From: a virus
Strand: one strand, 5' to 3'
DNA: 64,000 nt
IMG/VR virus record: IMGVR_UViG_3300044684_000224
Coordinates: 14,820 to 78,819 of that record
Shown one piece after another: positions 28,505 through 39,034 of this stretch. The notes below the pieces were generated by a model. That model did no database searches and was not told the DNA's origin. It was given only the letters and a program-made list of their open reading frames with translations. Position 1 is the first letter of the stretch. Each line of letters begins with the position of its first letter. Both the position numbers and the translations under genes were made by a program.

Positions 28505-29052
28505 CTGACGAGCGACACGTGGTCATCGTGGACGTCGAGACCTCCGGGTTGCTTCCGGATCACGACGTGGCCGTGGAGGTCGCCTGGTGGGACCTCGCCA
28601 CCGGGGAACGCGGATGCTTCGTGCCGGTCCATGACGTGGCGTGGGTGCTGGAGCACGGCAACCCGCAAGCGTTGGAGATCAACGGCTACCGGCGACGGCT
28701 GGCAACGGCGAAGCAGGACGAAGGTTACCTGCTTCAGCGACAACTGAAGGGCACACTGCGCGGGAACACGATCGCCGGCTCAAACCCGGGCTTCGATGTG
28801 GATTTCCTGCGCAAGCTGATCCCGTCCACGCCGTGGCATCACCGCAAGCTGGATCTGGCCACGTATGCGGCTGCGGTGCTCGGGATTCCGCCGTGGCAGT
28901 TGCCGGGCTTGTCGTCGGTGTGCGAGCGGCTGAGCATCCTGAACTCCGCGCCGCACACGGCCGAGGGCGACGTGGACGCGACGGGCCACTGCTTCTTGGC
29001 GTTGTTCGAACTCGCCGGTGTTTCGGCTGCTGCTGAGGGGAGGCAGCAGTGA
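28501..29052 (+). CDS. DnaQ-like DEDDh 3'-5' exonuclease
   Basis: VIVDVETSGL (ExoI), GSNPGFDVDFL (ExoII), HTAEGDV (ExoIII). Confidence 0.9.
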   Translation: MTDERHVVIVDVETSGLLPDHDVAVEVAWWDLATGERGCFVPVHDVAWVLEHGNPQALEINGYRRRLATAKQDEGYLLQRQLKGTLRGNTIAGSNPGFDVDFLRKLIPSTPWHHRKLDLATYAAAVLGIPPWQLPGLSSVCERLSILNSAPHTAEGDVDATGHCFLALFELAGVSAAAEGRQQ

Positions 29053-29905
29053 TGGCCCGCTACGTGCTGATCCGCATCGAAAGCGACGTGGAAGCCGACC
29101 GGCTGATCGAGGACGCCCGCGACTACCCGGACAACCCGATCCTCACGCCCTCCCAGGAAAACGACGTGCACGCCACGGTGGTGAACCACTGGAGCGCGGA
29201 CGCGGACTGTCCTCCTGGCTGTACCAAGCCGTGCTGTCAGCCCACAGCGGCGCAGTTCCCAGGTGAAGCAGGCGAATTCTGATGGGCGCAGAGATCGCAC
29301 CCCTGACCGGCATCGATCAGGTACTGCTGCGCCTGACCTACCTGAAGGTGATGGCTGCGGCAGTGGCCGAGGCCGACAAGGATGCTCGGACAGCAGCGGC
29401 GAAGTTGCTGCGCAAGGGTGACACGCTGGCCTGCTGGTCTCCGCTCGACCCCGACGCGCTGATGTCCCGAGTTTCCATGTCCAAGCCGAAACCGGTCGCG
29501 AAGGTCACCGATGCGGCTGCACTGGACCAATGGATCCGGGAGAACTACCCGGACAAGGTGCGCACCGAGGAGAGCATCGTCGGTACCGATGCCGAGGTGA
29601 TCGCTGTCCTGCGCGAACACGCGCCGCACCTGCTTGCCAAGACCAGCACGGTACCGGGCTGGGCCGTGAACGAACTGCTCACCCGATCCAAGGGTGCCGG
29701 CGAGCCGGCCGGTTTCGGCGGCGAACTGGGTGAGCACGCACCGCCCGGCATCGAAGTCTCCAATCCGCACGGCGTCCTGTCCGTCACCGTCGACCCGAAG
29801 ACCGGACCTGCCGCGATCCGTGAACTGTGGGACGCGCGCTGGTTCGGGATGGACGGCACCGTCATCGCACTACCAGGAGGTGAATCCCATGACACTGAAG
29901 GTTAG
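29049..29905 (+). CDS. Two hypothetical genes (29049-29282 and 29282-29905)
   Basis: Coupled; typical position before the recombinase. Confidence 0.6.
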
Positions 29906-30905
29906 GAAGCCCAGCGGGGTAGTGCCATGGCCGCTGGTGCTGATCGAAGGCCCGGAGAAGTCGGGCAAGTCGTGGGCGTGCGCGGAGTTCTCCGCCTCGG
30001 AGCGTGTCGGCCAGACCTACTGGCTGGATCTGGGCGAGGGTGCGGCGGACGAGTACGGCGCGGTGCCGGGTGCCCGGTATCTGGTGGTGGACCACGACGG
30101 GACGTGGCGAGACATCATCGGCCAGGTCGAGGAGGTCAAGGCCGAAGCGGAACGCGCCGCGAAGGCCGGGGAACCGCCCGTGGTGCTCGTAGTCGACTCT
30201 ATGACCGCCGAGTGGGCGATGCTGTCGGACTGGGCGAACCAGCGGGCCAAGAAGACCGAGTCGAACCGGAAGAAGCTTCAGGCCAACCCGGACGCCGACA
30301 TCACGGTGTCGATGAACTTCTGGAACGACTCCACCGCCCGCCACCGCAAGCTGATGACGATGCTGTTGACCTTCCCCGGCATCGTGGTGATCACCGCGCG
30401 GGGCAAGGACACCGCCGAGGTCGGTGACGACGGGAAGCCGACCGGGTCGAAGACCTACAAGGTCGAGGGACACAAGACGCTGGCCTACGACGCATCGGTG
30501 TGGGTGCGCATGTCGCGGGAGTCCGCGCCGATCGTGGTCGGCTGCCGCTCGGTGCACCACGGTGTTCGCCCTGGTAAGGACGACCCGGTCCCGGTGCCGA
30601 ACTTCCGGGTGGAGTGGCTGGTGTTCGAACTGCTCGGCTGCGACCCGCAGACTGCCGAGTCGCGGGACGTGAAAGCGCTGGACGGCGGTGAGGCAACACC
30701 GGAGGAGATGGGCATGTCGCCGCTCGATGCGCTGAAGACGGAGATCTGGGCCGAAGCTGGCCGGCACGGGTTGCAGGACAAGGGCAAGCTCGCCGACGAC
30801 TACGCGGGCTGGTCGGAAGGCGCGGAACTGGCGAAGGCCGGGATGGCCGAACTGACCGAATACCTCGGTCACCTGCGCAAGCAGTCGGCGGGTGACTCGA
30901 AGTGA
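29889..30905 (+). CDS. AAA/RecA-fold ATPase, Sak4-like recombinase
   Basis: Walker A GPEKSGKS, Walker B VLVVDS. Confidence 0.8.
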   Translation: MTLKVRKPSGVVPWPLVLIEGPEKSGKSWACAEFSASERVGQTYWLDLGEGAADEYGAVPGARYLVVDHDGTWRDIIGQVEEVKAEAERAAKAGEPPVVLVVDSMTAEWAMLSDWANQRAKKTESNRKKLQANPDADITVSMNFWNDSTARHRKLMTMLLTFPGIVVITARGKDTAEVGDDGKPTGSKTYKVEGHKTLAYDASVWVRMSRESAPIVVGCRSVHHGVRPGKDDPVPVPNFRVEWLVFELLGCDPQTAESRDVKALDGGEATPEEMGMSPLDALKTEIWAEAGRHGLQDKGKLADDYAGWSEGAELAKAGMAELTEYLGHLRKQSAGDSK

Positions 30906-31279
30906 GCTACGAGCCGTTGTCACCGATCGACGTGGAGCAGCGTCTCCGTCAGTCCGTGTCGGACATGACGAAGGCCGAGCAGGCGCTACGGGCAGCCCGG
31001 GACAGCGAGACGGACGCGGAGATCGCCTACAAGCGGGTGTATCGGCGCGCGATGCTCTCCCCGAAGTGCCCGAAGGTGACACGCGGCGGGTTCACGGTGA
31101 CCGAGCGGGACGCATGGGTCGATGAGGAGTGCGCCGCCGAGTGGGAGCGGTACCGGCTGGCGCAGACGGCATGTCAGGCAGCGCAGGACCATGTGCGGTC
31201 CGTCCGTGATATCGCCGTCGCGGTCCAAAGCATCGGTGCCCTGGTGAGGACCGGCTACTCCGTGGCAGGTGCGTCGTGA
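30902..31279 (+). CDS. Hypothetical helical protein
   Basis: GTGA coupling; 125 aa. Confidence 0.65.
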   Translation: MSYEPLSPIDVEQRLRQSVSDMTKAEQALRAARDSETDAEIAYKRVYRRAMLSPKCPKVTRGGFTVTERDAWVDEECAAEWERYRLAQTACQAAQDHVRSVRDIAVAVQSIGALVRTGYSVAGAS

Positions 31280-31448
31280 TCTGCCTTCCGCTTGCCGTAA
31301 CGCTTCGGTCGCTACCGCAGGTGTGCGAGGTTTGCCGTGGTCGTGAGCGTGTGCTGATCGCGAGCCCGAAAGCCACGCACTCGGCTGTCGTCCCGTGCCT
31401 TCACTGCCGCTGGGGGCTTCCTATTGTGCAGATGCCGGGAGGTGGGCG

Positions 31449-31904
31449 ATGAAGCGCCTCTTGGTCACCGGTTCGCGGTCCTGGACTGACCGCGCCAAGA
31501 TCCTGGCCGAGTTGGACATCGCCCGCGCAGAACTGGGCGACGACACCGTCCTCGTCCACGGTGACGCCCGAGGTGTGGACCGGATCGCTGCGCACCTGTG
31601 GCACTGCGAATGGGGCCTGCCGGTCGAGGATCATCCGGCGGACTGGTGTGGCCCGTGCCGACCAGAGTGCAAGCCGAACCACCGCCGCGCCAAGGCGTCC
31701 GGCCTGCCGAAGGTGTGTCCTGCGGCGGGGATGTACCGCAACGCCGACATGGTCGCGTTGGGTGCGGATCTCCTCCTGGCGTTCATTCTCGACGAGTCGC
31801 GTGGGGCTACCGGGTGTGTGCGGCTGGCCCGTAAGGCTGGGATTCCGGTGCGGATCTTCCGTGCGTCGTCTGCCCTGTCTGTGCCGATCGGAGGCGAGCG
31901 GTGA
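31449..31904 (+). CDS. DUF2493 / SLOG-family protein
   Basis: LLVTGSRSWTDR..LVHGDARGVDRIA..RNADMV..LLLAF..GATGCVRLA. Confidence 0.85.
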   Translation: MKRLLVTGSRSWTDRAKILAELDIARAELGDDTVLVHGDARGVDRIAAHLWHCEWGLPVEDHPADWCGPCRPECKPNHRRAKASGLPKVCPAAGMYRNADMVALGADLLLAFILDESRGATGCVRLARKAGIPVRIFRASSALSVPIGGER

Positions 31905-32215
31905 GCGAGAGCCTGGTTCACATCTACTGGAAGTCCAACCGCTTCCTGCGCAAGCGCTATGTCCGCTGCCCGACTGATGAGTGCATCACTGAGTTCGTCG
32001 TTCGCTTCGAGGCGTACCACGGCGACACCTGGATGTGCTGCAAGTGCGGCGACTCGTGGTCCGATGAGGGACTGAACTACCGGCCGTTTGAACGCGACTG
32101 GCGCAAGAAGGCAGCGTCTTACCATCGGCGTCTGTGGGATCTGGCCACGCACGGTCCGTCGCCTACCTATGACGACTTGTATGCGGAGCCGGCCAGGGTG
32201 GGTGGTGCGTCGTGA
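31901..32215 (+). CDS. Zinc-ribbon hypothetical protein
   Basis: CPTDEC and CCKCGD. Confidence 0.55.
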   Translation: MSESLVHIYWKSNRFLRKRYVRCPTDECITEFVVRFEAYHGDTWMCCKCGDSWSDEGLNYRPFERDWRKKAASYHRRLWDLATHGPSPTYDDLYAEPARVGGAS

Positions 32216-32742
32216 AGAAGTCGCGCCTGAACCGCACCACGGGGTTGCGCCGCACGCCGATGCCGCCCCGCAAGACCCCGCTGGAGGGCAAGCGCCTGTC
32301 CTCCAGCGGCCTGGACTCGGTGGACCGGACTGGCTTCCCCGCGGCCCGGTCCGCCGAGCCGATGCGCCCACCAGTCAAGCAGCGACGCCGCGACACCGGA
32401 CCGCGCAAGTCCGTGGCGGACCTGGCGCGGGAACGCTTCGGTGACCTCTGTGCCCGATGCGGCTTGCCGGGCCACACCATCCAACACCGGCGGCCGCGCC
32501 AGATCGGCGGTAGCCGCGATCCGCGCATCAACGCGCTGCCGAACCTCGTCCTGCTATGCGGTGACGGGACAACGCTGTGCCACGGCACCGTGGAGTCGCA
32601 CCGGACTCAGGCCCAGGCCGATGGCTACCTCGTGCGCTGGCCGACCGATCCGCGTGACGTGCCGATGCTGCTGTGGGACGGCCGGCGCGTGCTGCTCACC
32701 GACGATGGGCTGTGGACCGAGGTCGAGGCTGGTGCGGCATGA
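32212..32742 (+). CDS. HNH nuclease-like protein
   Basis: CARCG..IQHRRPRQIGG..NLVLLCG..CHGTVESH. Confidence 0.8.
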   Translation: MKKSRLNRTTGLRRTPMPPRKTPLEGKRLSSSGLDSVDRTGFPAARSAEPMRPPVKQRRRDTGPRKSVADLARERFGDLCARCGLPGHTIQHRRPRQIGGSRDPRINALPNLVLLCGDGTTLCHGTVESHRTQAQADGYLVRWPTDPRDVPMLLWDGRRVLLTDDGLWTEVEAGAA

Positions 32743-33651
32743 GGTGCCTCGGGAAGGTCCGGTATCCGACGCAGGACGAAGCCGAAACTGCGCTTCGTGA
32801 GGTACGTGCGTGGCGCCGCGCACGCCAGTGGCACGGGAAACACGAGCAGAACACGTACGAGTGCGGCACGTGCGGGTCCTGGCATCTCACATCCATGTCG
32901 GAGCGTGAGCGGGAACGTAAGGCGCAGTTGATGGCGGGCATTGCCGAGTTGGCTGAAGTTTCGGACGTGGCCGCTGTGGCGGCAGGGGAGGAAGCAGAGT
33001 GATCGACAAGTCGACGGAGCTCGCCGAGCGCGTGATCGACAAGTGGGCCGAACAAGGAATCGTGACTCTGGCCGATCCCGACGGCACTCTCCAGTGCGAC
33101 ACCTTCGGCCGTGAGTCGGATGTGGTTTACCGCGCCGCGCTCGCCGCCGCCGGCCTGCTCGCGCTGCCACAGCCACTACCGCCGTGCAAGGACTGTGGCG
33201 GCAAGCTGGGCGACCCGAGCGGCGAGAATCTGGTGTGCACGTCCTGCGGCACTGCATGGGCACGCGAGGCCGTCACGTCGGCATTCCCGGACGACGAGGC
33301 CGCGATCGAGCGCATGGCGCTCGCAATCGGGGATCAGTTCTTCGGTTCGCCGAAGTGGACAGGCGAGATCGAGGTTAAGGCGGACAGCGAATGCAGCCTG
33401 TGGCGTGACCTGGCTCTCGTTGCTCTCGCTGCACTGAGGGGAGAGCAGGCATGACCAACACGCGACTTGCCGGCCACACGCTCGACTCCGAGGGCGCGGC
33501 ATTCGACGGTCGTGGACGCCGCGTCCGCGACAGCCGTCTCGGGTACGGCGTCTGCTCCTGCGGTGACATGTCCGAGTTGCTCACGTCCAACAATGCCCGG
33601 AAGCGCTGGCACCGCGACCACAAGGCTGAGATCCGCGGGGAGGCGTCATGA
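32739..33651 (+). CDS. Three hypothetical genes (32739-33002, 32999-33454, 33451-33651)
   Basis: Coupled; zinc motifs (YECGTCGSWHLT, CKDC..CTSC, CSCG..WH). Confidence 0.6.
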
Positions 33652-35294
33652 CCGAAAACCTTGCTCGGGACCTCGCCGAGGCGCTGGCCTTGAAGTTCAC
33701 CAGCGACGTCGGCGCACGCAACTCGAACTGGGACATCGACGGCCCGGACGACGCGTCGAACCCCTATCACCTGACGGTGCCGATGGAGCAGCGCATCGAG
33801 CGCGACCTAATGGTTACTTTCAAGGCTGGCGACGGGCATCTGTCGCTGCGGCCAGCGACGATCCCGGAAGTCGTGAACGTCGCGCTGCCTGTCGTCCAGG
33901 CCGCTATCTCTGCCGCTGTCCAGCAGGAGCGGGCACTGTGCACGGAGGAGGTCGAGAAAGCCACACTGGCCCTGACGGATGCCATGGCTCAGCGCTGGCG
34001 GCTGCGGCAGGCGTGGCAGTCGGCACGGCGTGGCCGTGAACGCGCCCGCATTGAACTGCACGAACTGATCGATGTTCTGCCGTGCGACCACTGCCATGAC
34101 ACCGGCATCGAACCAGCTGAGTTTTCCGGGCACGACGAGACCGGCGCCTTCCTGGTGGACGAGGACCGTCCTTGCCCGAAGGGTTGCGAGGTGCGGCGGG
34201 ACATCGCGGAGGTCATGGCCGAACGGGACGAGGCACGCCTCGACATGGCGGGGTTAGAGGCGAACCTCCATTACGTCCACACCACACTGATCGAGCAGTT
34301 GGACCTCCCGAGCGACATGTCACTGCCGGACGCGTTGTCCGCAGTCGGCACGAAACTGGACGAGGCGTACCGGCATGCCAACGCGGTCGCACTCGATGCC
34401 CGTAAGCGCATCGACGAGCTGAGCGGCGAGTTGCGCGACCGCACCGAACTGATGGTCATGGCCGGTGTGGACGCTGACGACGCTGCGGAAGAAGTCGAGG
34501 ACTTGCGCGAGTCTCGTCTTCAGTGGGCTGCTGAGGCGATCGACGCTGAGGCGAAACTGGATTACGTGCTGTGGCTGCACGCCGAAGCGGTGTGGCAACA
34601 GGAGCAGCAGACGGACAGGCTGAGGCAGCAAGTTGCCGAACTGATGACCCAGCGGGATTCCTGGCAGAGGTTGGCCACAGATGCGTGCGAACGCGGCCTG
34701 GCTGCGCAACAAGACTTGGCCGAGTTGCGTGCGGCTGCTGCGGACGCTGTAGCCCCCGCAACGACCGCCACTTCCGAGCAGCGGGAGGAGGGACCAGATC
34801 ACGGGGAAGAAACCGCCGCCAAGACGCAGGGTCGGGAGCTGACCGGTTCGGCCGTGCTGGAGCCGGGCGCCGTAACGGCTACACCCGCTCGTCCCTCCTC
34901 CCGCGCCGATGTGCTGTATCCGCCGAACGCAGACGAGTGGTGCAACTGCCAAGCCATCCCCGGCACCCCGAACTATCCGGGACCGTGGCATCCGGTCGGC
35001 GACTCGGGCGCGGACTGCAAGCGAACGCCCGATTCCCTGAATGCCGGCACCGACGATTCAGGGAAGCCTGAGCAGTGGGACCTCAGCGACGAGTGCGAGG
35101 TACTGACCGGCGGCGTCTGGACTCGGGGCGTCGTTGAGGGCGTGCGCTACGGGGGTGGCGAAGTGACGTACGACGTTGGCCTGGATGACGACTACGAGGT
35201 CAACGTCTATCCGCACCAGATGCGCCGTCCTGTCGAAACTGTCGAGCTTCCGGCTGTCCCACTGCAAGGAGAGGAGAGCGCCGATGAGCGCTGA
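33648..35294 (+). CDS. Large mosaic coiled-coil protein
   Basis: 548 aa; heptad-rich centre, CDHCHDTG zinc motif, possible SH3/Tudor-like C-terminus. Confidence 0.65.
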   Translation: MTENLARDLAEALALKFTSDVGARNSNWDIDGPDDASNPYHLTVPMEQRIERDLMVTFKAGDGHLSLRPATIPEVVNVALPVVQAAISAAVQQERALCTEEVEKATLALTDAMAQRWRLRQAWQSARRGRERARIELHELIDVLPCDHCHDTGIEPAEFSGHDETGAFLVDEDRPCPKGCEVRRDIAEVMAERDEARLDMAGLEANLHYVHTTLIEQLDLPSDMSLPDALSAVGTKLDEAYRHANAVALDARKRIDELSGELRDRTELMVMAGVDADDAAEEVEDLRESRLQWAAEAIDAEAKLDYVLWLHAEAVWQQEQQTDRLRQQVAELMTQRDSWQRLATDACERGLAAQQDLAELRAAAADAVAPATTATSEQREEGPDHGEETAAKTQGRELTGSAVLEPGAVTATPARPSSRADVLYPPNADEWCNCQAIPGTPNYPGPWHPVGDSGADCKRTPDSLNAGTDDSGKPEQWDLSDECEVLTGGVWTRGVVEGVRYGGGEVTYDVGLDDDYEVNVYPHQMRRPVETVELPAVPLQGEESADER

Positions 35295-36498
35295 CGATCT
35301 GATCGAAGCGGTGTTCGTCAACATGTGCCCGGCCGAGGACCGGAAGTACTACTCCGATTCCGAAGTCGAGGGCTGGCGCAAGGATGCCCGTGCCGCTGTC
35401 GAGATCGTGCTGCGGGGACTCGTCGAAGCCCACTTCGGCCCGCTCGACTCGGATGAGGATGTCGACTACCACTATGCCTGCGAGGGGCTGGCGCAGGACG
35501 CGTGCGACATGTTGCGGGAACTGGTTGAGCGTGGTGCTTCCGAGGCGGTACAGCCATGACCATCCACTTCGACATCTGCTCCGGCCAGGACTTCCCGGAC
35601 CTGGGCCTGTACTGCTGCTACGGCGTCACCATCAACGGGCCGTCCGGCTGCACCTGCTGGGAAACCGTCTACGGCCACGAGCAGGCACCCCCTGTGACGG
35701 GGCAGCAGCCGACGACGCGGCGGCTCATGTGCGAGGACTGTGCGTATCGGCCCGGCAGTCCGGAGAAGCGCGACGACCCGATGTACCGGGGCGACGCCAA
35801 CGACTTGGAGATGGCCGCCGAGACGGGCCAGTTCTACTGCCACCAGGGCTTGCGTCGCATCCTGGGGTGGCGGCATCCGTCTGGGGCGTGGCATCCCGCA
35901 CCGCCGGGCGGTTATGACCCGCCGGTCGTGGACAACATTCCGTACCGTGTCGATGGGTCGCCGGAGGAGTTGTGCGCCGGCTGGGACGCGCGGCGTCGAG
36001 CACTGGAGGCCCAGTCGTGACGAACTCCAGCGAAATCGCGCGCCTCGCACTCAAGCGCATGGACAGCCACGAAGCAGAGTCGTACGAGGGCGGTGGTTCG
36101 GAGACCTTCGACGACCCGGACGGCGCCCTGCTGCGCTACAGCCGCGCCCTGCGCCGCGTCATGGCGCTGTGCGACACATGGGAGATGGCGCGGACCGCCT
36201 GGGACCCGAGACCTACCGAGGCCGGCTTCCGTGACCGCATCCGCCAGGCCATCGGCTACGAGATGGGTGTCACCCAAGCGCCACCGGAAGGGAGCGGACC
36301 GTGAGCAACCTGGACGCGGCACTACGTGCACGCCTAGCGGCTGACGTTGATCGCGACTTGCATGAGTGCGGCGCTGCCTACCACGACGCCCTGACAAAGG
36401 TCGTGGACCTGTGCGACCGGACGATCTGGATTCTCTCCGCGAACGACGTGCGCGCTGCCATCGCTGAGGCTCTGGGTGTGCCGGACGGCCAGCCATGA
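35284..36498 (+). CDS. Four hypothetical genes (35284-35559, 35556-36020, 36017-36304, 36301-36498)
   Basis: Overlapping junctions; 35556 is Cys-rich (CEDCAYRPGSPE..FYCHQG). Confidence 0.6.
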
Positions 36499-36842
36499 CG
36501 CGCCGCATGTCCGAAGCCGAATGGCAGACGCGCGTCATCGACACCGCACGCCTGAAGGGCTGGCGTGTTGCGCACTTCCGGCCGGCACGCCGCCAGTCCG
36601 GCGGCTACAGCACGCCCATGACAGGCGACCGCGGTTTCCCGGACCTCGTCCTCGGCCGTGGCGGGCGGGTGCTGTGCGTGGAGTTGAAGACGGATGTGGG
36701 CCGGTTGGGTCCGGGCCAGGAGGACTGGTTGCTCGCGCTCGGCGACCACGGCCGGCTGTGGCGGCCGGTGGACTGGCCGCACGTTCTGGCTGAACTTTCC
36801 GCGCCAGCCGGCTGTCACATCACCATCCAGGAGGCGACATGA
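36495..36842 (+). CDS. VRR-NUC domain nuclease
   Basis: GFPDLVL..LCVELKTDVGRL..Q..W (PD-(D/E)xK). Confidence 0.85.
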   Translation: MTRRMSEAEWQTRVIDTARLKGWRVAHFRPARRQSGGYSTPMTGDRGFPDLVLGRGGRVLCVELKTDVGRLGPGQEDWLLALGDHGRLWRPVDWPHVLAELSAPAGCHITIQEAT

Positions 36843-37081
36843 AGCCCAGTAAGCCGCGACGCTGCGGATGTGGTCGGCCAGCGACCCATCGCCTGAAGGG
36901 TGGCGTGTGCACGATGTTCAAGCGCTGGACACCGCAGGGTGAATTCCCGCTGCGGTTCCCGCGCGACTATCCGGCAGTGTGCCGCCGCTGCGCCTGGCAC
37001 TGGCATCGGTTCTACGGCGGCCGGATCTACCGCTGGCGCACCGTTCCGGGTGGCGTGCCCGACTACCGGGACACGCCGTGA
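36839..37081 (+). CDS. Hypothetical protein
   Basis: Coupled; CGC and CRRC. Confidence 0.5.
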   Translation: MKPSKPRRCGCGRPATHRLKGGVCTMFKRWTPQGEFPLRFPRDYPAVCRRCAWHWHRFYGGRIYRWRTVPGGVPDYRDTP

Positions 37082-37485
37082 GCTCGCGCGGGCTTTCGCA
37101 GCGGAAGCACTCCAGCGGCCAGTGGAAGCTTTGCGTCCACTGCGGGGCCAAGTTCGTGCGCCGCGCCAACCTCTCCACGCCGGAATGGGGTAGGCGCCGC
37201 TACTGCTCGAAGTCCTGCTCGGCGCGGGCCACCATCGCACGACCCGCCGACCGGCAGGACGAGCTCGCCGCTCTCGGTCAGGACGTCCGGGAACGCGGCG
37301 CCTGCCGGGGAAGCACGGCGAACTTCGTGCCTGATTCCAAGATGGAAGCGGCTGACGCGCTGCGTGAGTGCCGGGCTGCTGACTGTCCAGTCCGGGCCGC
37401 ATGCCGAGCCTTCGCTGTCGGTACCCACGCTTACGGGGTGTGGGGCGGCGAGTACTTCACGTACGGGGAGGTGAAAGCGGCGTGA
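37078..37485 (+). CDS. whiB: WhiB-family regulator with an N-terminal zinc finger
   Basis: GACRG..ECRAADCPVRAAC..GVWGG; extra CVHCG..YCSKSC. Confidence 0.8.
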   Translation: MSSRGLSQRKHSSGQWKLCVHCGAKFVRRANLSTPEWGRRRYCSKSCSARATIARPADRQDELAALGQDVRERGACRGSTANFVPDSKMEAADALRECRAADCPVRAACRAFAVGTHAYGVWGGEYFTYGEVKAA

Positions 37486-37948
37486 GTGTCCTCATGGAAT
37501 TGTCCACAGGAATTGTCCACACCTGTGGATGTGAAACAGTGCGTGAAACATTCCTTGTGGACAACACGCTGGTAGACGTGGGTGTTGGACACGTGATCGG
37601 CGATCCGGTTGAATTGCTGGTGACACCACTTCTTCCCGCCGCGAAGTGTTCCGGCGGTTGCTATTGCGTGAAAGACCGGTTCGCGTGGCGATGCGTCGTC
37701 TGCCACTGCTTGTGTTGATGGGAGTCGACCTACATGGATATGGGCCTGGTGGACACCCTGCACGCCGAGATGATGGCGGCCTACGAGACCGCCCGTCTGT
37801 CGATGCTGGCATGCCAGGAGACCGGTTCCAGCCAGGACCTTGAGCGACATCAGGAAGACCTCCGTGCCGCGATGGCGCTGTCCGTCGCGTACCACGACGA
37901 GGCCGAGCGGGTGTGGTTCGCGCAACTGTCCGAAGGCGAGGTGTCGGG

Positions 37949-39034
37949 ATGTCATGGCCAGCCATGAAGTGGGCGGTCGAACAAGCGCCGATCCTCACCA
38001 GCGACGCCGGCCGGCGTAACTCGTCCGCAGCGCACGTGTTGCAGATCCTCGCCTACCACGCGGACACCGACGGTGTCGCGTGGCCATCTCCAGAGCGCTT
38101 GGAGCAGGAGACCGGCCTGGGTACGTCCGCAGTGCGCGACGCGTTGACCGCGCTGGAGGACGGTGGCCTCGTCGAGCGCGAGGTGGTGGACGGGGTGACG
38201 CGGTGGCGGTTGCAGATGGACCGTCAGCGCGATGTGCCGATCCAGCAGGAGATCCGGGAGAAGATTGAACGGCGCCAGGAGCAGGCTCGGCTGCGTCAGG
38301 CGAAGCGACGCGGGCTGCGGTCCGCCGCGTCGTCTGTCACGCCGGAATCCAACGTGACTGTCACGCTGAACGGCGGCGTGACAGACGACGATGTCACGCT
38401 GAACGGCAACGTGATGTCACGCTGGAATCCGGAGAATGTCACGCTGGAAACCAACGTGACCCATATAAGGAATGAACAGTCAGTTGAACAACCACTAGAA
38501 CCTCCAGCGCCGCGGACGCGGCGCAGACGAACGCCGGACCCTGCGGAGACGATCAACGGCTTCGCCGACTTCTGGGCCGCCTACCCCAAGCGCGGCGGCC
38601 GGAACATGGCCAAGGACGACGCCCGGAAGGCGTGGGGCTCCACGCTCAAGGCGATCAGGAAGCCTGACGACGACGGGAAAACCTGGACGGTCGAGCAGAT
38701 CGTCGCTGGTGCTCGCCGGTACGCCGTGGAGTGCGAGAGCCTACGCGACCGGCAGTTCGTGAGCATGCCCGCATCCTGGCTTCGTGCCGGCCGGTGGAAG
38801 TACGACGACAACGACCTGAGCCCGGTGGGCCGCGACCCGCGTGAGTTCCTGCGCGACTGCTGGCGCAAGTCCAGCGTGCGGGAGATTCACCGGTTCTTCA
38901 CCAGCGGATACGTCCAACCGCCTGCCGGTGACGGCGACTACGTGACGACCGTGCTGGAGCCCTACAACCGCCGCTGGATCGAAGAACACGAGACCGAAAT
39001 CCTCGCCCGACTAGCCGCTTCGGAGGCATCGTGA
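37949..39034 (+). CDS. Replication initiator / helicase loader-like HTH protein
   Basis: LAYHAD..AWPS..L..ETGLG..VR.AL..L (HTH), FADFWAAYPKR, MPASWL; immediately upstream of DnaB. Confidence 0.8.
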   Translation: MSWPAMKWAVEQAPILTSDAGRRNSSAAHVLQILAYHADTDGVAWPSPERLEQETGLGTSAVRDALTALEDGGLVEREVVDGVTRWRLQMDRQRDVPIQQEIREKIERRQEQARLRQAKRRGLRSAASSVTPESNVTVTLNGGVTDDDVTLNGNVMSRWNPENVTLETNVTHIRNEQSVEQPLEPPAPRTRRRRTPDPAETINGFADFWAAYPKRGGRNMAKDDARKAWGSTLKAIRKPDDDGKTWTVEQIVAGARRYAVECESLRDRQFVSMPASWLRAGRWKYDDNDLSPVGRDPREFLRDCWRKSSVREIHRFFTSGYVQPPAGDGDYVTTVLEPYNRRWIEEHETEILARLAASEAS

